NCBI GenBank assembly: GCA_964356545.1 | Contig: CAYHHX010000001.1 | Location: forward strand, 1,918-65,917 | Length of the DNA: 64,000 bases | Direction: 5' to 3' | From: an uncultured Candidatus Saccharibacteria bacterium | GTDB taxonomy: Bacteria; Patescibacteriota; Minisyncoccia; Minisyncoccales; Staskawiczbacteraceae | Part shown: piece after piece, positions 28,633 through 38,244 of the stretch | Layout of the letters: each line of letters begins with the position of its first letter | How positions within the stretch are numbered: position 1 is the first letter of the stretch | Translations under genes and position numbers: made by a program | Notes under the pieces: generated by a model | Seen by the model: only the letters and a program-made list of their open reading frames with translations | Told to the model about the DNA's origin: nothing | Databases searched by the model: none

Positions 28633-29712
28633 TTATAACAATTCGGATGGGTATTTTAAGCTTCCACTTTTATACGCCGCCGCCTTAGAATAATACTTTA
28701 TATTTTCTCCAAAACCATCAATATCTTTTCTTATAAAATCCTTAGTTTCCCTGCCAAAATAACCCTCTTCTGGTACAAATTTAATTTTATCCTTTGAATT
28801 TTGTAATATTAATTGAGGAATATTTAATCCCAACTGACACAATGCAAAAATCCAAGCTGGACTTCTGGGATTTATTTCATAGATATAATATGCGTCTTTA
28901 TTTTTTATGCTCTCAATCTCTATAATGCTTGTCCCAAAAGGAATTAATTCTACCAAGTATTCAGCAAATTCAAATAATTCTTTATTTTTATCAATTTTCC
29001 CGAACCAAGTGGCTCCATTTTGGTCTCTTCCTATTTTAACCATCTCTGCATATCCCACGATTTTATTATTTTTTATACCTATCACACAGTTACGAAATTC
29101 CACCTCTTCATTAGTAATATATTTTTGAACGAGACAATTAACCTCTCCATTGTTCCAAATATTAGATAACTTTTTTATATTTGAAATAAGATCCGTTTCA
29201 TTTTCACAAGGATACGCTCCCTTAACAAGCCCTTTGCATATTACAGGATAACCAATTTTTTCTGCGTAATTTATTGCTTCTTTTATAGAATTTACCTGTT
29301 TTGTTTCTGGTGTCTTATAATTTTTGTATTTTACTATTTTTGGTAAATTTATTTTTTGAATTTTTTTAAGAACTTCCCTTGTCGGTATCATTAATTTTAC
29401 ACCGATATGTTCAATTTTTTCTTTAATAAAAGAGAACAAAATTGCGGTTTCGTCGTAACAAGGGAATATGTAGTCTAATCCATATATTTTTTTGACATTG
29501 ATTATTTTATTGATCAAGGAGTCAAAATTGAGAGTTCTTATTTCTTCCCAACAAAAAACCTCTTCAAATAAATTTTTATCTGAAGTAACGAATGAAGTAT
29601 CGTCCACCCCAATAATTTTAAATCCTGCATCTTTTAAACATCGGCTTACGCCAATGCCAGCTTGGGGACTGTCAATCACCTTTAAATCACTCACAATTAT
29701 TATTTTATTCAT
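28633..29712 (-). CDS. ATP-grasp domain ligase.
   Basis: ATP-grasp core 'GYPVICKGLVKGAYPCENETDLISNIKKL...EVNCLVQKYI...YIYEINPRSPAWIF'. Start taken at the Met right after the upstream stop (29712) rather than the longer ORF. Confidence 0.6.
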   Translation of the reverse strand: MNKIIIVSDLKVIDSPQAGIGVSRCLKDAGFKIIGVDDTSFVTSDKNLFEEVFCWEEIRTLNFDSLINKIINVKKIYGLDYIFPCYDETAILFSFIKEKIEHIGVKLMIPTREVLKKIQKINLPKIVKYKNYKTPETKQVNSIKEAINYAEKIGYPVICKGLVKGAYPCENETDLISNIKKLSNIWNNGEVNCLVQKYITNEEVEFRNCVIGIKNNKIVGYAEMVKIGRDQNGATWFGKIDKNKELFEFAEYLVELIPFGTSIIEIESIKNKDAYYIYEINPRSPAWIFALCQLGLNIPQLILQNSKDKIKFVPEEGYFGRETKDFIRKDIDGFGENIKYYSKAAAYKSGSLKYPSELL

Positions 29713-30772
29713 ATACTTTAATTGATGGTATTGGAGAGATAAAATTAGACGCCTGGCTAAAAGAATACGCTCCAACATTGTGAATTATTATTTTATCTCC
29801 AACCACAGGTTTTTGATTGATTATTAAATTTTCAGCGATCTTATCAATTTGCATGCAAGAATTACCAAAAATATTTATCTTTATAATTTCCTCTTTTTTA
29901 TTTTTTTGTTTTGGCATAAATTCAATCCAAAATTTCTTCTCAAAATAACATTGAAAGTGCATAATATTTGTATCTACGACCACATCAAAATAACTATTTG
30001 TATTTTTTCTAATGGAAATTATATTCGCCTCAATATCCATGGTATCTGATACAATATTCCTGCCTGCTTCGCTAATTATTTTAATTTTAGGGAAGATATT
30101 TTTTATTAATAAAGGAAGTTTTTCATAGATATCTTTTTCAAAAATAAATTCATTAGCCGCAGGTAATCCTCCTCCAATATTAACAAAAGTTATTTCGTGT
30201 TTTATTCTATCAAAAGTGCTTTGAATACCATTAAGTAAAAATTCGTAATTAGATAGCTTGAAATTATTAGTTGAAAAATGGAAATGAAGTCCGTCTAATT
30301 TTAAAGTAGTTATTAATAAATTTAACTTTTCTGATAATTTTTCATCGGAAATACTGTATCCGAACCTATTCCATATCTCCGGCTTATTAAAATATAAACG
30401 TAAACCCACCTTTATTTTTGACAAAAACCCTTCTTTTTTTAAAATCTGTAAAGTATCAAAATCGGTATCGTTATCAATATTAAAGTATAAAATTTCTACA
30501 TTATTTAAAATGTCTTTTATGGTCTCGACCGATTTACCAGGACCGTTCAACACTAATTCTTTCGGTTTAATTTTTCGAATTAACTCCCATTCATAACCTG
30601 AAACTATTTCAAACGCGCCACCTGTCTCTTTTACAGTTTCCAAAACTGGTTCCATAAAATTAGTTTTTACCGAATAAAATAATTGAAAATTTAAGCCTTT
30701 TTTTAAAAAGGCGTTTTTTAATTTATTTATATTTTCTTTTCTTTTATTTTTATGGACTATATAGTATGCCAT
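29705..30772 (-). CDS. PLP-dependent decarboxylase of the alanine-racemase-fold family (DAP / ornithine / carboxy(nor)spermidine decarboxylase-like).
   Basis: 'FYSVKTN' (PLP-Lys region), 'GLHFHFSTNN' and 'FVNIGGGLP'. 355 aa, shorter than LysA. Tightly coupled to its neighbours (1-nt intergenic gap). Confidence 0.65.
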   Translation of the reverse strand: MAYYIVHKNKRKENINKLKNAFLKKGLNFQLFYSVKTNFMEPVLETVKETGGAFEIVSGYEWELIRKIKPKELVLNGPGKSVETIKDILNNVEILYFNIDNDTDFDTLQILKKEGFLSKIKVGLRLYFNKPEIWNRFGYSISDEKLSEKLNLLITTLKLDGLHFHFSTNNFKLSNYEFLLNGIQSTFDRIKHEITFVNIGGGLPAANEFIFEKDIYEKLPLLIKNIFPKIKIISEAGRNIVSDTMDIEANIISIRKNTNSYFDVVVDTNIMHFQCYFEKKFWIEFMPKQKNKKEEIIKINIFGNSCMQIDKIAENLIINQKPVVGDKIIIHNVGAYSFSQASNFISPIPSIKVYE

Positions 30773-31618
30773 TTAAATCACTTTCTTTTTTAAATAATAA
30801 AAATAATCGTTGTCAGTTTCATAAAATTCCCGATATTGATTGAGAATATTTAAATCAAATTTAACAGTGTGTAAATAGGAAGAATTCTTATTATTGGTTT
30901 TATAAACTAATCCCAATGGCGGAACCACAAAGTAAGAACCACCCATCATTCTATCCGAGTAAAAAGAAGATTTATACTTTCCAACAGAATTTACAAATAA
31001 AAGAGCGCATGCGTTCTCGTAAGCCCTGGCTATACCCAAAGCATCATAATATTTTTTTTCCAAAGAAAAAGAATATTTTGACTGAAGCGCATTTCCCCCT
31101 ATTCCCCAAAAAGAAGGAATTACAATTAAATCCACTTTCTTGGTATATTTCCTGAATATTTCTGGCAATATCAAATCCCAGCAAATAGCCACTCCAACTC
31201 TTACTTTCCCCACATTGAATGTTATTATTTTGTCATCCGATTCACAAATATAATTTTCGTTATAAATTAAAGCCTTTTTGTGATATTCCTTCAGAATTTT
31301 GCCATTTTTAATAACCAAGGAGGTGTTAAAATACTTACCATTCTTTTTCAAAAGTACTGAACCCATCACAAAAGTTAACGAAGGATATAATTTTGAAATA
31401 TCCTTCAATGTATTTTGTACTTCCAAAGAAGAAATCTCTTTTTCATATTCTGGTATAATATCTAATTTAAGAGGACCAGACAAAAAATATTCTGGGAATA
31501 TAAGTAAATCAAGAGATTTTATCTGTTTTTTATTTTTTTCCAGTAATTTCTTAACTTCTTGGATATTTTCTTTAACAGATAAAAATTTTGGCAAGTATTG
31601 AAAAAAACCTATTTTCAT
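30773..31618 (-). CDS. Carbon-nitrogen hydrolase (nitrilase/amidase superfamily).
   Basis: Glu-Lys-Cys triad contexts 'LLIFPEYF', 'YHKKALI' and 'GVAICWDL'. Confidence 0.8.
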   Translation of the reverse strand: MKIGFFQYLPKFLSVKENIQEVKKLLEKNKKQIKSLDLLIFPEYFLSGPLKLDIIPEYEKEISSLEVQNTLKDISKLYPSLTFVMGSVLLKKNGKYFNTSLVIKNGKILKEYHKKALIYNENYICESDDKIITFNVGKVRVGVAICWDLILPEIFRKYTKKVDLIVIPSFWGIGGNALQSKYSFSLEKKYYDALGIARAYENACALLFVNSVGKYKSSFYSDRMMGGSYFVVPPLGLVYKTNNKNSSYLHTVKFDLNILNQYREFYETDNDYFYYLKKKVI

Positions 31619-31666
31619 AATTTTATAAAATATCCCCTGCTATTTACGGCAAGGGATGGTAACTTT

Positions 31667-32653
31667 TCAGAGTATGTCGTTGAAATAACTGTCTCTGTTC
31701 CAACTCAACATTGGTTTGATCTTTGCTTTATATTCTCGGCACACCGCCAAGAATGGTCTGCGTATACGCCATTTTTCTCCTTCAAAGCGCAATTCCTTTA
31801 TTCTTCTTATCCAGTTGATATTGTGTCCTAATTCCTTAGATACCGTTGTGGGACTTTTTTTCTGCCATCCCAATCTCCTTATTATGGGGTCAATAATATA
31901 ACAAGAAGCACCGTAAAGTTGCTCGTCGCAAATGCCAAGTTCGCTAATCAACGGTTTCCTATCAATTATGCATTGCGGAACTTTTAACATTTCCGCAATT
32001 TTGTAAACTTCGCATTTGTAAAAATCTGCCAATGGAGAGAAGTGACCGGCTGGACCACCAACAGTAAAGGCTCCCAAAATAACCTCCGTACCATTGGTAG
32101 TTCCAGTACATACTGCATTAAGATTATCTGCTATCTGCAGAAGCAGAATTGACCTAATCCTTGGCAGTATTCCACTTAACTCCCATTTCCCGCAATTCGG
32201 GAAAATCCCATACAGCGAGTTTACAGTGGAAGAAATATCTACGTACTGATACTCCATCCCCATTTCTTTCGCAGATTTTACTGCATACAACACGTCTTCG
32301 TATTCCGAGTCAGTCATTTCGCCCTTTTTTCCAAATGATCCCCTCCCCAAAATAATCCCTTTAAAGAAATAACGTGTGTCTTTGAGAGCTTTTTGACACA
32401 GCGATGCCACCGTTATGGAATCAATACCGCCAGAAAGCCCCACTACAATTCCGTCTAATTCTGGCTTTGAATACCCAGAAATATCTTTGAGGCATTTTCT
32501 TATAAATTTCTGTATGCCTTCAACAACTTTAACAGGAATGATAATGTTTTCAGGCTTAATCCTTGCGTCAAAATTAATTTCTCCATCGTTAGCGATGGGA
32601 AACCACATTTTAATTTCAGGATCTACGACTTTTGTGACGATGGCTTTAGCCAT
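31667..32653 (-). CDS. nadE: NH3-dependent NAD+ synthetase-like protein (PP-loop ATP pyrophosphatase).
   Basis: PP-loop 'VVGLSGGIDS' and 'CTGTTNGTEVILGAFTVGGPAGHFSPLADFYKCEVYKIAEMLKVP', as in NadE. Confidence 0.7.
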   Translation of the reverse strand: MAKAIVTKVVDPEIKMWFPIANDGEINFDARIKPENIIIPVKVVEGIQKFIRKCLKDISGYSKPELDGIVVGLSGGIDSITVASLCQKALKDTRYFFKGIILGRGSFGKKGEMTDSEYEDVLYAVKSAKEMGMEYQYVDISSTVNSLYGIFPNCGKWELSGILPRIRSILLLQIADNLNAVCTGTTNGTEVILGAFTVGGPAGHFSPLADFYKCEVYKIAEMLKVPQCIIDRKPLISELGICDEQLYGASCYIIDPIIRRLGWQKKSPTTVSKELGHNINWIRRIKELRFEGEKWRIRRPFLAVCREYKAKIKPMLSWNRDSYFNDIL

Positions 32654-32800
32654 GGTTTTCTCCTAAATGTTGAGTGAAAATTTCAAAGTGCTACATAGAA
32701 ATTAACACATTTACTTTAATTTTGCAATGTTTTGAAAAATGTTGAAACTATTTACTTCTCTCTCCTTTGGAATTATAATAAACTTACAAATTAAAATTTT

Positions 32801-33658
32801 ATGGATATCCACGAAGATAAAATTAAAAAACTTGAAGAGATGGCAAATACTATGCGCCAAGACCTTATTGAAATGCTTTTAAAAGCTGGGTCGGGGCATA
32901 CTGCTGGACCTTTGGGAATGGCGGATATATTTTGCGCTTTTTATTTTCATATTTTAAATCACAATCCTAAAAATCCTCTTTGGGAAGAGCGCGACCGATT
33001 GATTTTATCCAATGGTCATATTTGCCCAATTCGCTATGTGGCCATGGCTCATGCAGGTTATTTCCCAGTTGCCGAACTTGCAACCTTAAGAAAATTTGGC
33101 ACCCGATTACAAGGGCATCCAGAACGCGAAAAATTACCGGGTGTGGAAACTACTTCGGGGCCTTTGGGTTCTGGCTTGGGGCAAGCGGCCGGTATTGCGT
33201 ATGCAGGCTTAATGGATAATAAAAAATTTAAGGTATATTGCTTAATGTCTGATGGTGAGCAAAATGCTGGCAATATTTGGGAGTCGGCCATGTTTGCTGG
33301 AAAAAATAAACTACATAATTTAATTGCGGTTATAGACAGAAACAACATCCAAATTACCGGTATGACCGAAGATATTATGCCATTAGAATCACTGCGCGCC
33401 AAATACGAAGCCTTTAACTGGCATGTTCTTGAAGTAAATGGCAATAATATTGGCGAATTTATAAATGCTGTCGAAGAAGCTAAGGCTATATTTGAAAAGC
33501 CAACGATTATTATTGCTCATACAATTCCTGGCAAAGGAATACCTGAAATTGAGTTTGATTTTAATTGGCATGGTAAGACTCCCAATAAAGAAGAAGCCAA
33601 ACGGTTTTTACATCAGTTAAGGACTATCGGCGGTAAAATAATTTCAGAACATGAATAA
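32801..33658 (+). CDS. Transketolase, N-terminal (TPP-binding) subunit.
   Basis: 'GSGHTAGPLGMADIF' and 'LSNGHICPIRYVAMAHAGYF'. Split two-gene transketolase. Confidence 0.9.
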   Translation: MDIHEDKIKKLEEMANTMRQDLIEMLLKAGSGHTAGPLGMADIFCAFYFHILNHNPKNPLWEERDRLILSNGHICPIRYVAMAHAGYFPVAELATLRKFGTRLQGHPEREKLPGVETTSGPLGSGLGQAAGIAYAGLMDNKKFKVYCLMSDGEQNAGNIWESAMFAGKNKLHNLIAVIDRNNIQITGMTEDIMPLESLRAKYEAFNWHVLEVNGNNIGEFINAVEEAKAIFEKPTIIIAHTIPGKGIPEIEFDFNWHGKTPNKEEAKRFLHQLRTIGGKIISEHE

Positions 33659-34634
33659 ATTTTTAGTAAAAAATATATTTGATAAATCTAAATTAGAAAT
33701 GGCGCCGACGCGCGATGGCTACGGTAAAGGCCTTTTAAAAGCCGGTGAAAAAGACCAGCGCGTGGTGGTGCTTTGCGCCGATTTGGCAGAATCTACCCGC
33801 AGTCATTGGTTCAAAGAAAAATATCCAGAAAGGTTTATTGAAGTTGGTGTGGCCGAGCAAAATATGGCCACTATTGCCGCCGGTATGGCTAACTACGGAA
33901 AAATTCCCTTCATTTCTTCGTATGCGGCATTTAGCCCAGGAAGAAATAATGAACAAATAAGAACCACTATTTCTTTAAATAATCTTCCAGTAAAAGTAGC
34001 CGGAGCTCATGCCGGTGTTTCGGTTGGCCCCGATGGCGCCACTCATCAAGCGCTAGAAGATATAGCTCTAATGCGCGTGCAACCTAATATGGTTGTTATT
34101 TCGCCCTGCGACACTATTGAAGCAAAAAAGGCTACAGTTGCAGCCGCTTTTAATGGAAAACCGACATATATTAGATTGGGTAGAGAAAAGTCGCCGGTAT
34201 TTACCACCGAGGCAATGCCGTTTGAGATTGGCAAAGCCCAAATTTTGCGCCAAGGAAAAGATGTAACCATTATTGCCTGTGGACCATTAGTATATGAAGC
34301 GTTACTTGCCGCCGAAAAATTAGAAAAAGAGGGAATCAGTGCCGAAGTAATAAACAATCACACTATAAAACCAATGGACAAAAAAACCATCTTAGCATCG
34401 GTTAAAAAAACCGGCGCCGTGGTAACCATTGAAGAGCATCAAATTATGGGTGGAATGGGTTCAGCTTGCGCCGAAATGTTAGTGCAAAATTTTCCTGTAC
34501 CAATAGAAATGATTGGTATGAAAGACCAGTTTGGTCAATCTGGCACTCCCGACGAATTGCTTAATTTTTTTGGTTTAACTAGTCCATTTATTGTGAAGGC
34601 GGTAAAAAAAGCCCTTCGACGTTGCTCAGGGTAA
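33651..34634 (+). CDS. Transketolase, C-terminal (pyrimidine-binding) subunit.
   Basis: 'VGVAEQNMATIAAGMA' and 'GPDGATHQALEDIALMR'. Overlaps the N-terminal subunit gene by 8 nt. Confidence 0.9.
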   Translation: MNKFLVKNIFDKSKLEMAPTRDGYGKGLLKAGEKDQRVVVLCADLAESTRSHWFKEKYPERFIEVGVAEQNMATIAAGMANYGKIPFISSYAAFSPGRNNEQIRTTISLNNLPVKVAGAHAGVSVGPDGATHQALEDIALMRVQPNMVVISPCDTIEAKKATVAAAFNGKPTYIRLGREKSPVFTTEAMPFEIGKAQILRQGKDVTIIACGPLVYEALLAAEKLEKEGISAEVINNHTIKPMDKKTILASVKKTGAVVTIEEHQIMGGMGSACAEMLVQNFPVPIEMIGMKDQFGQSGTPDELLNFFGLTSPFIVKAVKKALRRCSG

Positions 34635-34658
34635 ATTTAAAAAGAAAAAAATAAATAC

Positions 34659-35666
34659 ATGAAAAAATTTGACGTTATTTCAATCGGTGACACTACTTTG
34701 GATGTTTTTTTGGAGTTGGACGAATCGGACGCCAGTGTCCAGTGTGGCCCAGATGGGGAAGACTGTAAATTATTGCTTTCCTGGCCAGATAAAATTCCGG
34801 TAAAAAAAATAACTAATGTTCCCGCGGTGGGAAATGCCGCTAATGTGGCAGTGGGATGTGCGCGATTGGGGTTAAAATCAGCTCTGTATACCATATTGGG
34901 TAAAGATTCTAGTGGCAAGGAGGCTTTTGAAAAACTGGTATCAGAAAAAGTAGCTAAGGATTATATTGTTTGGGACAAACATCGTGGTACCAATTATTCT
35001 GCAGTTATTAATCTTAAGGGCGAGAGGACTATTTTGGTTTACCACGAACCTCGGGATTATCAATTGCCAAAATTAGGTAAAACCGATTGGGTATATTTAA
35101 CTGCCAGTGGCCAGCCCGATGAAAATCTCCATTTGCAGGTAATTGAGTATGTGAAAAAAAACAACGCTAAGTTGGCTTTTAACCCAGGTGACCAGCAGAT
35201 GAAAAAGGGTCTTGAAGCGTTAAGACCGGTTATTAAAAATTGCACGGTATTTTTTATTAACAAACAAGAAGCTGAAAAATTACTGGGCCAAGACAGTGAT
35301 GAAAAGACACTTTTGCAATTGTTGCATAATGAAGGGCCAAAAATTGTGGTGATTACCGATGGGTCAAAGGGGTCATATAGTTTTGACGGCAATGATTACT
35401 ATTTTCAGGAAATTTTACATGTTCCACTCATAGAAATGACAGGCTGTGGCGATAGTTATGCAACCGGATTTATTTCGGCTTTGCATTTAGGCAAAAGTAT
35501 TCCTGAAGCGATGAAATGGGGAACAACAAATGCCGCCGCCAAATTACAACAAATTGGAGCTCAAGCCGGTCTTTTAACCAGAAAACAATTAGAAGGTTTT
35601 ATTAACGGAACTGTTAAATTTGATTTTATAAAAGACAATTCTGGTTTGAATCCACAAAAAATATAA
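34659..35666 (+). CDS. PfkB-family carbohydrate kinase (ribokinase-like).
   Basis: PfkB C-terminal motif 'TGCGDSYATGFISAL' and N-terminal 'GGNAANVAVGCARLG'. Confidence 0.8.
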   Translation: MKKFDVISIGDTTLDVFLELDESDASVQCGPDGEDCKLLLSWPDKIPVKKITNVPAVGNAANVAVGCARLGLKSALYTILGKDSSGKEAFEKLVSEKVAKDYIVWDKHRGTNYSAVINLKGERTILVYHEPRDYQLPKLGKTDWVYLTASGQPDENLHLQVIEYVKKNNAKLAFNPGDQQMKKGLEALRPVIKNCTVFFINKQEAEKLLGQDSDEKTLLQLLHNEGPKIVVITDGSKGSYSFDGNDYYFQEILHVPLIEMTGCGDSYATGFISALHLGKSIPEAMKWGTTNAAAKLQQIGAQAGLLTRKQLEGFINGTVKFDFIKDNSGLNPQKI

Positions 35667-35688
35667 AAATTGCTAAAGCAATATTATA

Positions 35689-36714
35689 ATGAACATTAAA
35701 AAACTTACACAAACTACCAAAGCGCTTTTTGCCAACGACAAAGGCTTACTGGCAATGGATGAAAGTACGGCAACTTGCAATAAGCGTTTTGCAGAACTTG
35801 GCATTCCAGAAACCGAAGAAGCCAGGCTGGCATGGCGTGAATTAATTATCACTACGCCAAATCTTGCTAAATGTATTAGCGGCTTAATTTTGTATGACGA
35901 AACGATTCGCCAGAAAAAAGAAGACGGTACGCTTTTTGTTGATGTTATCAAAGATGCTGGTATTATTCCAGGAATTAAAGTTGACGCTGGCCTAAAAGAT
36001 ATGCCAGGCCACCCTGGGGAAAAAGTCACCGAAGGTTTAAATGGATTAAATGGTAGGTTAGCTGAATACTTTCAAATGGGAGCCCGTTTTGCCAAGTGGC
36101 GCGCGGCATTTACTATTGGCGATGAAATTCCCAGTCAAGACTGTATTGAAGAAAATGCAAAAATACTGGCTGAATATGCTCTAATGTGCCAGGAAGCTGG
36201 AATAGTTCCCATAGTTGAACCAGAAGTTTTAATGGATGGCAGTCATACTATGGAACAATGCAGAGAGATAACAGAAAAAGTTTTGCAAACTGTTTTTAAG
36301 TATTTAGTTATAAAAAAAGTGGCATTGGAAGGCATTGTTTTAAAGCCCAATATGGTGGTTGCCGGATTAGATTGTCCTGTTCAAAAATCAGTAAAAGAAG
36401 TAGCCGATGCTACAGTTGAGCTTCTTATGAAAGTTGTACCGGCCAATGTTGCTGGAATTGCTTTTTTATCAGGTGGACAATCTAGCGAACTTGCTTCAGA
36501 GCGTTTGAGTGTTATGAATGCCAAATTTAAAACGCAGTTGCCTTGGCCGTTGACATTTTCATACTCGCGCGCCATTCAATATCCGGCTTTGGCAATTTGG
36601 CAAGGCAAAGATGCCAATGTGGCGGCTGCGCAAGAATCTTTATATCATCGTGCCAACCTCAACCAAGCCGCTCGCCGCGGCGAATATAAAGTTGAAATGG
36701 AAAAATCATTTTAA
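35689..36714 (+). CDS. fba: Fructose-bisphosphate aldolase, class I.
   Basis: 'GLLAMDESTATCNKRF', 'GIKVDAG' and 'LEGIVLKPNMV' are class I FBA signatures. Confidence 0.85.
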   Translation: MNIKKLTQTTKALFANDKGLLAMDESTATCNKRFAELGIPETEEARLAWRELIITTPNLAKCISGLILYDETIRQKKEDGTLFVDVIKDAGIIPGIKVDAGLKDMPGHPGEKVTEGLNGLNGRLAEYFQMGARFAKWRAAFTIGDEIPSQDCIEENAKILAEYALMCQEAGIVPIVEPEVLMDGSHTMEQCREITEKVLQTVFKYLVIKKVALEGIVLKPNMVVAGLDCPVQKSVKEVADATVELLMKVVPANVAGIAFLSGGQSSELASERLSVMNAKFKTQLPWPLTFSYSRAIQYPALAIWQGKDANVAAAQESLYHRANLNQAARRGEYKVEMEKSF

Positions 36715-36716
36715 GT

Positions 36717-36740
36717 GGAAATGGCGACTATCCCCATTCC
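36717..36740. repeat. REP element (variant) at the left edge of the G+C-rich island.
   Basis: 'ggaaatggcgactatccccattcc'. Confidence 0.5.
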
Positions 36741-36921
36741 TCGTTGAGAGGGAAATCCGTTCCGCTCGGCGCGCCACAGTGCGCCTCGCAGTTTGCCAAA
36801 ACGAGGTTAGTCGTTCGCATTTGTTTATTCTTTGTTTGTTGACAAAAGTAGAAAGCCATGATAATAATAACTATAGCCCATCGCTCATTGAAAATTCAAT
36901 AACCTGAAAAGGAAGTTTCTA

Positions 36922-37341
36922 GTGACAAACGACGAAAAAGCCATGTATACTGGCATGGCCATGTCGCGCAATACAGAGGTTACACTGCGGTGGTCACGGA
37001 GTCAGATGTTTATGATCATCAATTCGGCCATGCTTTCAGTCGTGTTCACGCGGGACGCGAGTTTCTTGTTACTTCTTTTCCTTGGCCTCTTTGGCATAGG
37101 AATAGCACTGGTATGGCTGATGATCAATGAAAAAAGTCAGCAGTGGGTTGAATACTGGCAGACTCGCTTGGCGCAGATTAAGCACGAAGAAGAACCTGCC
37201 ACCGTTAATGTGTTCATTGGTCCAGAATGGGACACCATCAACAAAGGGTGGACGTTTCATAGGCTACTTACGATCCTGCCTAGGGGATTCGCCATAGTCT
37301 GGATCGGCGTGTTTCTTTTTTCTTTCACTCGGCTTTTCTAA
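36922..37341 (+). CDS. Hypothetical membrane protein in the G+C-rich island.
   Basis: G+C-rich ORF with hydrophobic segments. Preceded by the promoter-like 'TTGACAaaagtagaaagccatgaTAATAA' (36846-36874) and SD 'aaaggaag'. The start codon is ambiguous (GTG 36922 or ATG 36946). Confidence 0.4.
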   Translation: MTNDEKAMYTGMAMSRNTEVTLRWSRSQMFMIINSAMLSVVFTRDASFLLLLFLGLFGIGIALVWLMINEKSQQWVEYWQTRLAQIKHEEEPATVNVFIGPEWDTINKGWTFHRLLTILPRGFAIVWIGVFLFSFTRLF

Positions 37342-37354
37342 AGGATGACCTTCT

Positions 37355-37630
37355 ATGATGAAGAATTTCAGAGAAATGACCTGGAGGCTCGTACTGGGTC
37401 ATCTGTTCTTTTTTTTCCTGGGAGTAATCGCTCTCACCACAGTCGTAGTCGTTGTTGGCTCCGGACGCGAAAAACTAGGTGATGCCATTGGCGTCATCTC
37501 TCTCGGAATGTCTTACATGATTACCTCTATTATTTCTTTTCTCTGGTTCCTGCTTGAGAAGAGAAAGGAAGGAAATAACCCAGATACCTCTCAATATCAA
37601 AAGCAAAAGGAGTTGACCGTTACTCATTGA
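37355..37630 (+). CDS. Hypothetical small membrane protein.
   Basis: SD 'aaaggatga' upstream. Two TM helices. Followed by the terminator 'aagccccggttctacggaatcagggcttttt' (37651-37688). Confidence 0.4.
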   Translation: MMKNFREMTWRLVLGHLFFFFLGVIALTTVVVVVGSGREKLGDAIGVISLGMSYMITSIISFLWFLLEKRKEGNNPDTSQYQKQKELTVTH

Positions 37631-37692
37631 AAACGGTCGTTAAAATCAACAAGCCCCGGTTCTACGGAATCAGGGCTTTTTATTTTCTGCGT

Positions 37693-37733
37693 GAGAAATG
37701 GGGACAGCTACTATCCTTTGTGATATGATATAC
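37693..37733. repeat. REP element with the 'tttgtgatatgatatac' extension, at the right edge of the G+C-rich island.
   Basis: 'gagaaatggggacagctactatcctttgtgatatgatatac'. Confidence 0.6.
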
Positions 37734-37818
37734 TAAATAAAGGTAAAGAATATAGTATGTGCGTACATCTTGACACGATTTCATTTTCTGCTATACTTTA
37801 CTTAGGTAAAGTAAACAT

Positions 37819-38139
37819 ATGAAAAGCTGGTATACTAAGACAACTAAAGATCTGTTTGAAGCAATCCTTCAATTAAAGGACGTGGGAGAAACTAAAAGGT
37901 TTTTCCGTGATTTGCTTACTGAAGCGGAAATTATCGAATTTAGCAAACGGTGGCAAACCGCACAAATGCTTAATGAAAATATCTCATATGAAAAGATAGA
38001 AAAAGTTACTGGTTTAAGCTCAAGAACCGTTGCCAGAATTTCCAAATGGCTCAACGAAGGAATGGGCGGTTATAAATTAATGCTCAATAAACTGAACCAT
38101 CATCACAGCTCCATCCAAACAGGAAGGGGATTATCTTGA
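37819..38139 (+). CDS. TrpR-like / YerC-YecD family DNA-binding protein.
   Basis: 'FFRDLLTEAEIIEFSKRWQTAQMLNENISYEKIEKVTGLSSRTVARISKWL' is the YerC/TrpR HTH family pattern. Confidence 0.65.
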   Translation: MKSWYTKTTKDLFEAILQLKDVGETKRFFRDLLTEAEIIEFSKRWQTAQMLNENISYEKIEKVTGLSSRTVARISKWLNEGMGGYKLMLNKLNHHHSSIQTGRGLS

Positions 38140-38244
38140 TGTGTAACTAAAATGTAACATAAAGCTAACCTTCTCCTTGTTTGGAGAGGGTTTTTTATTT
38201 GCCTGCCCAAAAGGCAAAACAGTTCTTTGAAGGGGGAGAGAATT

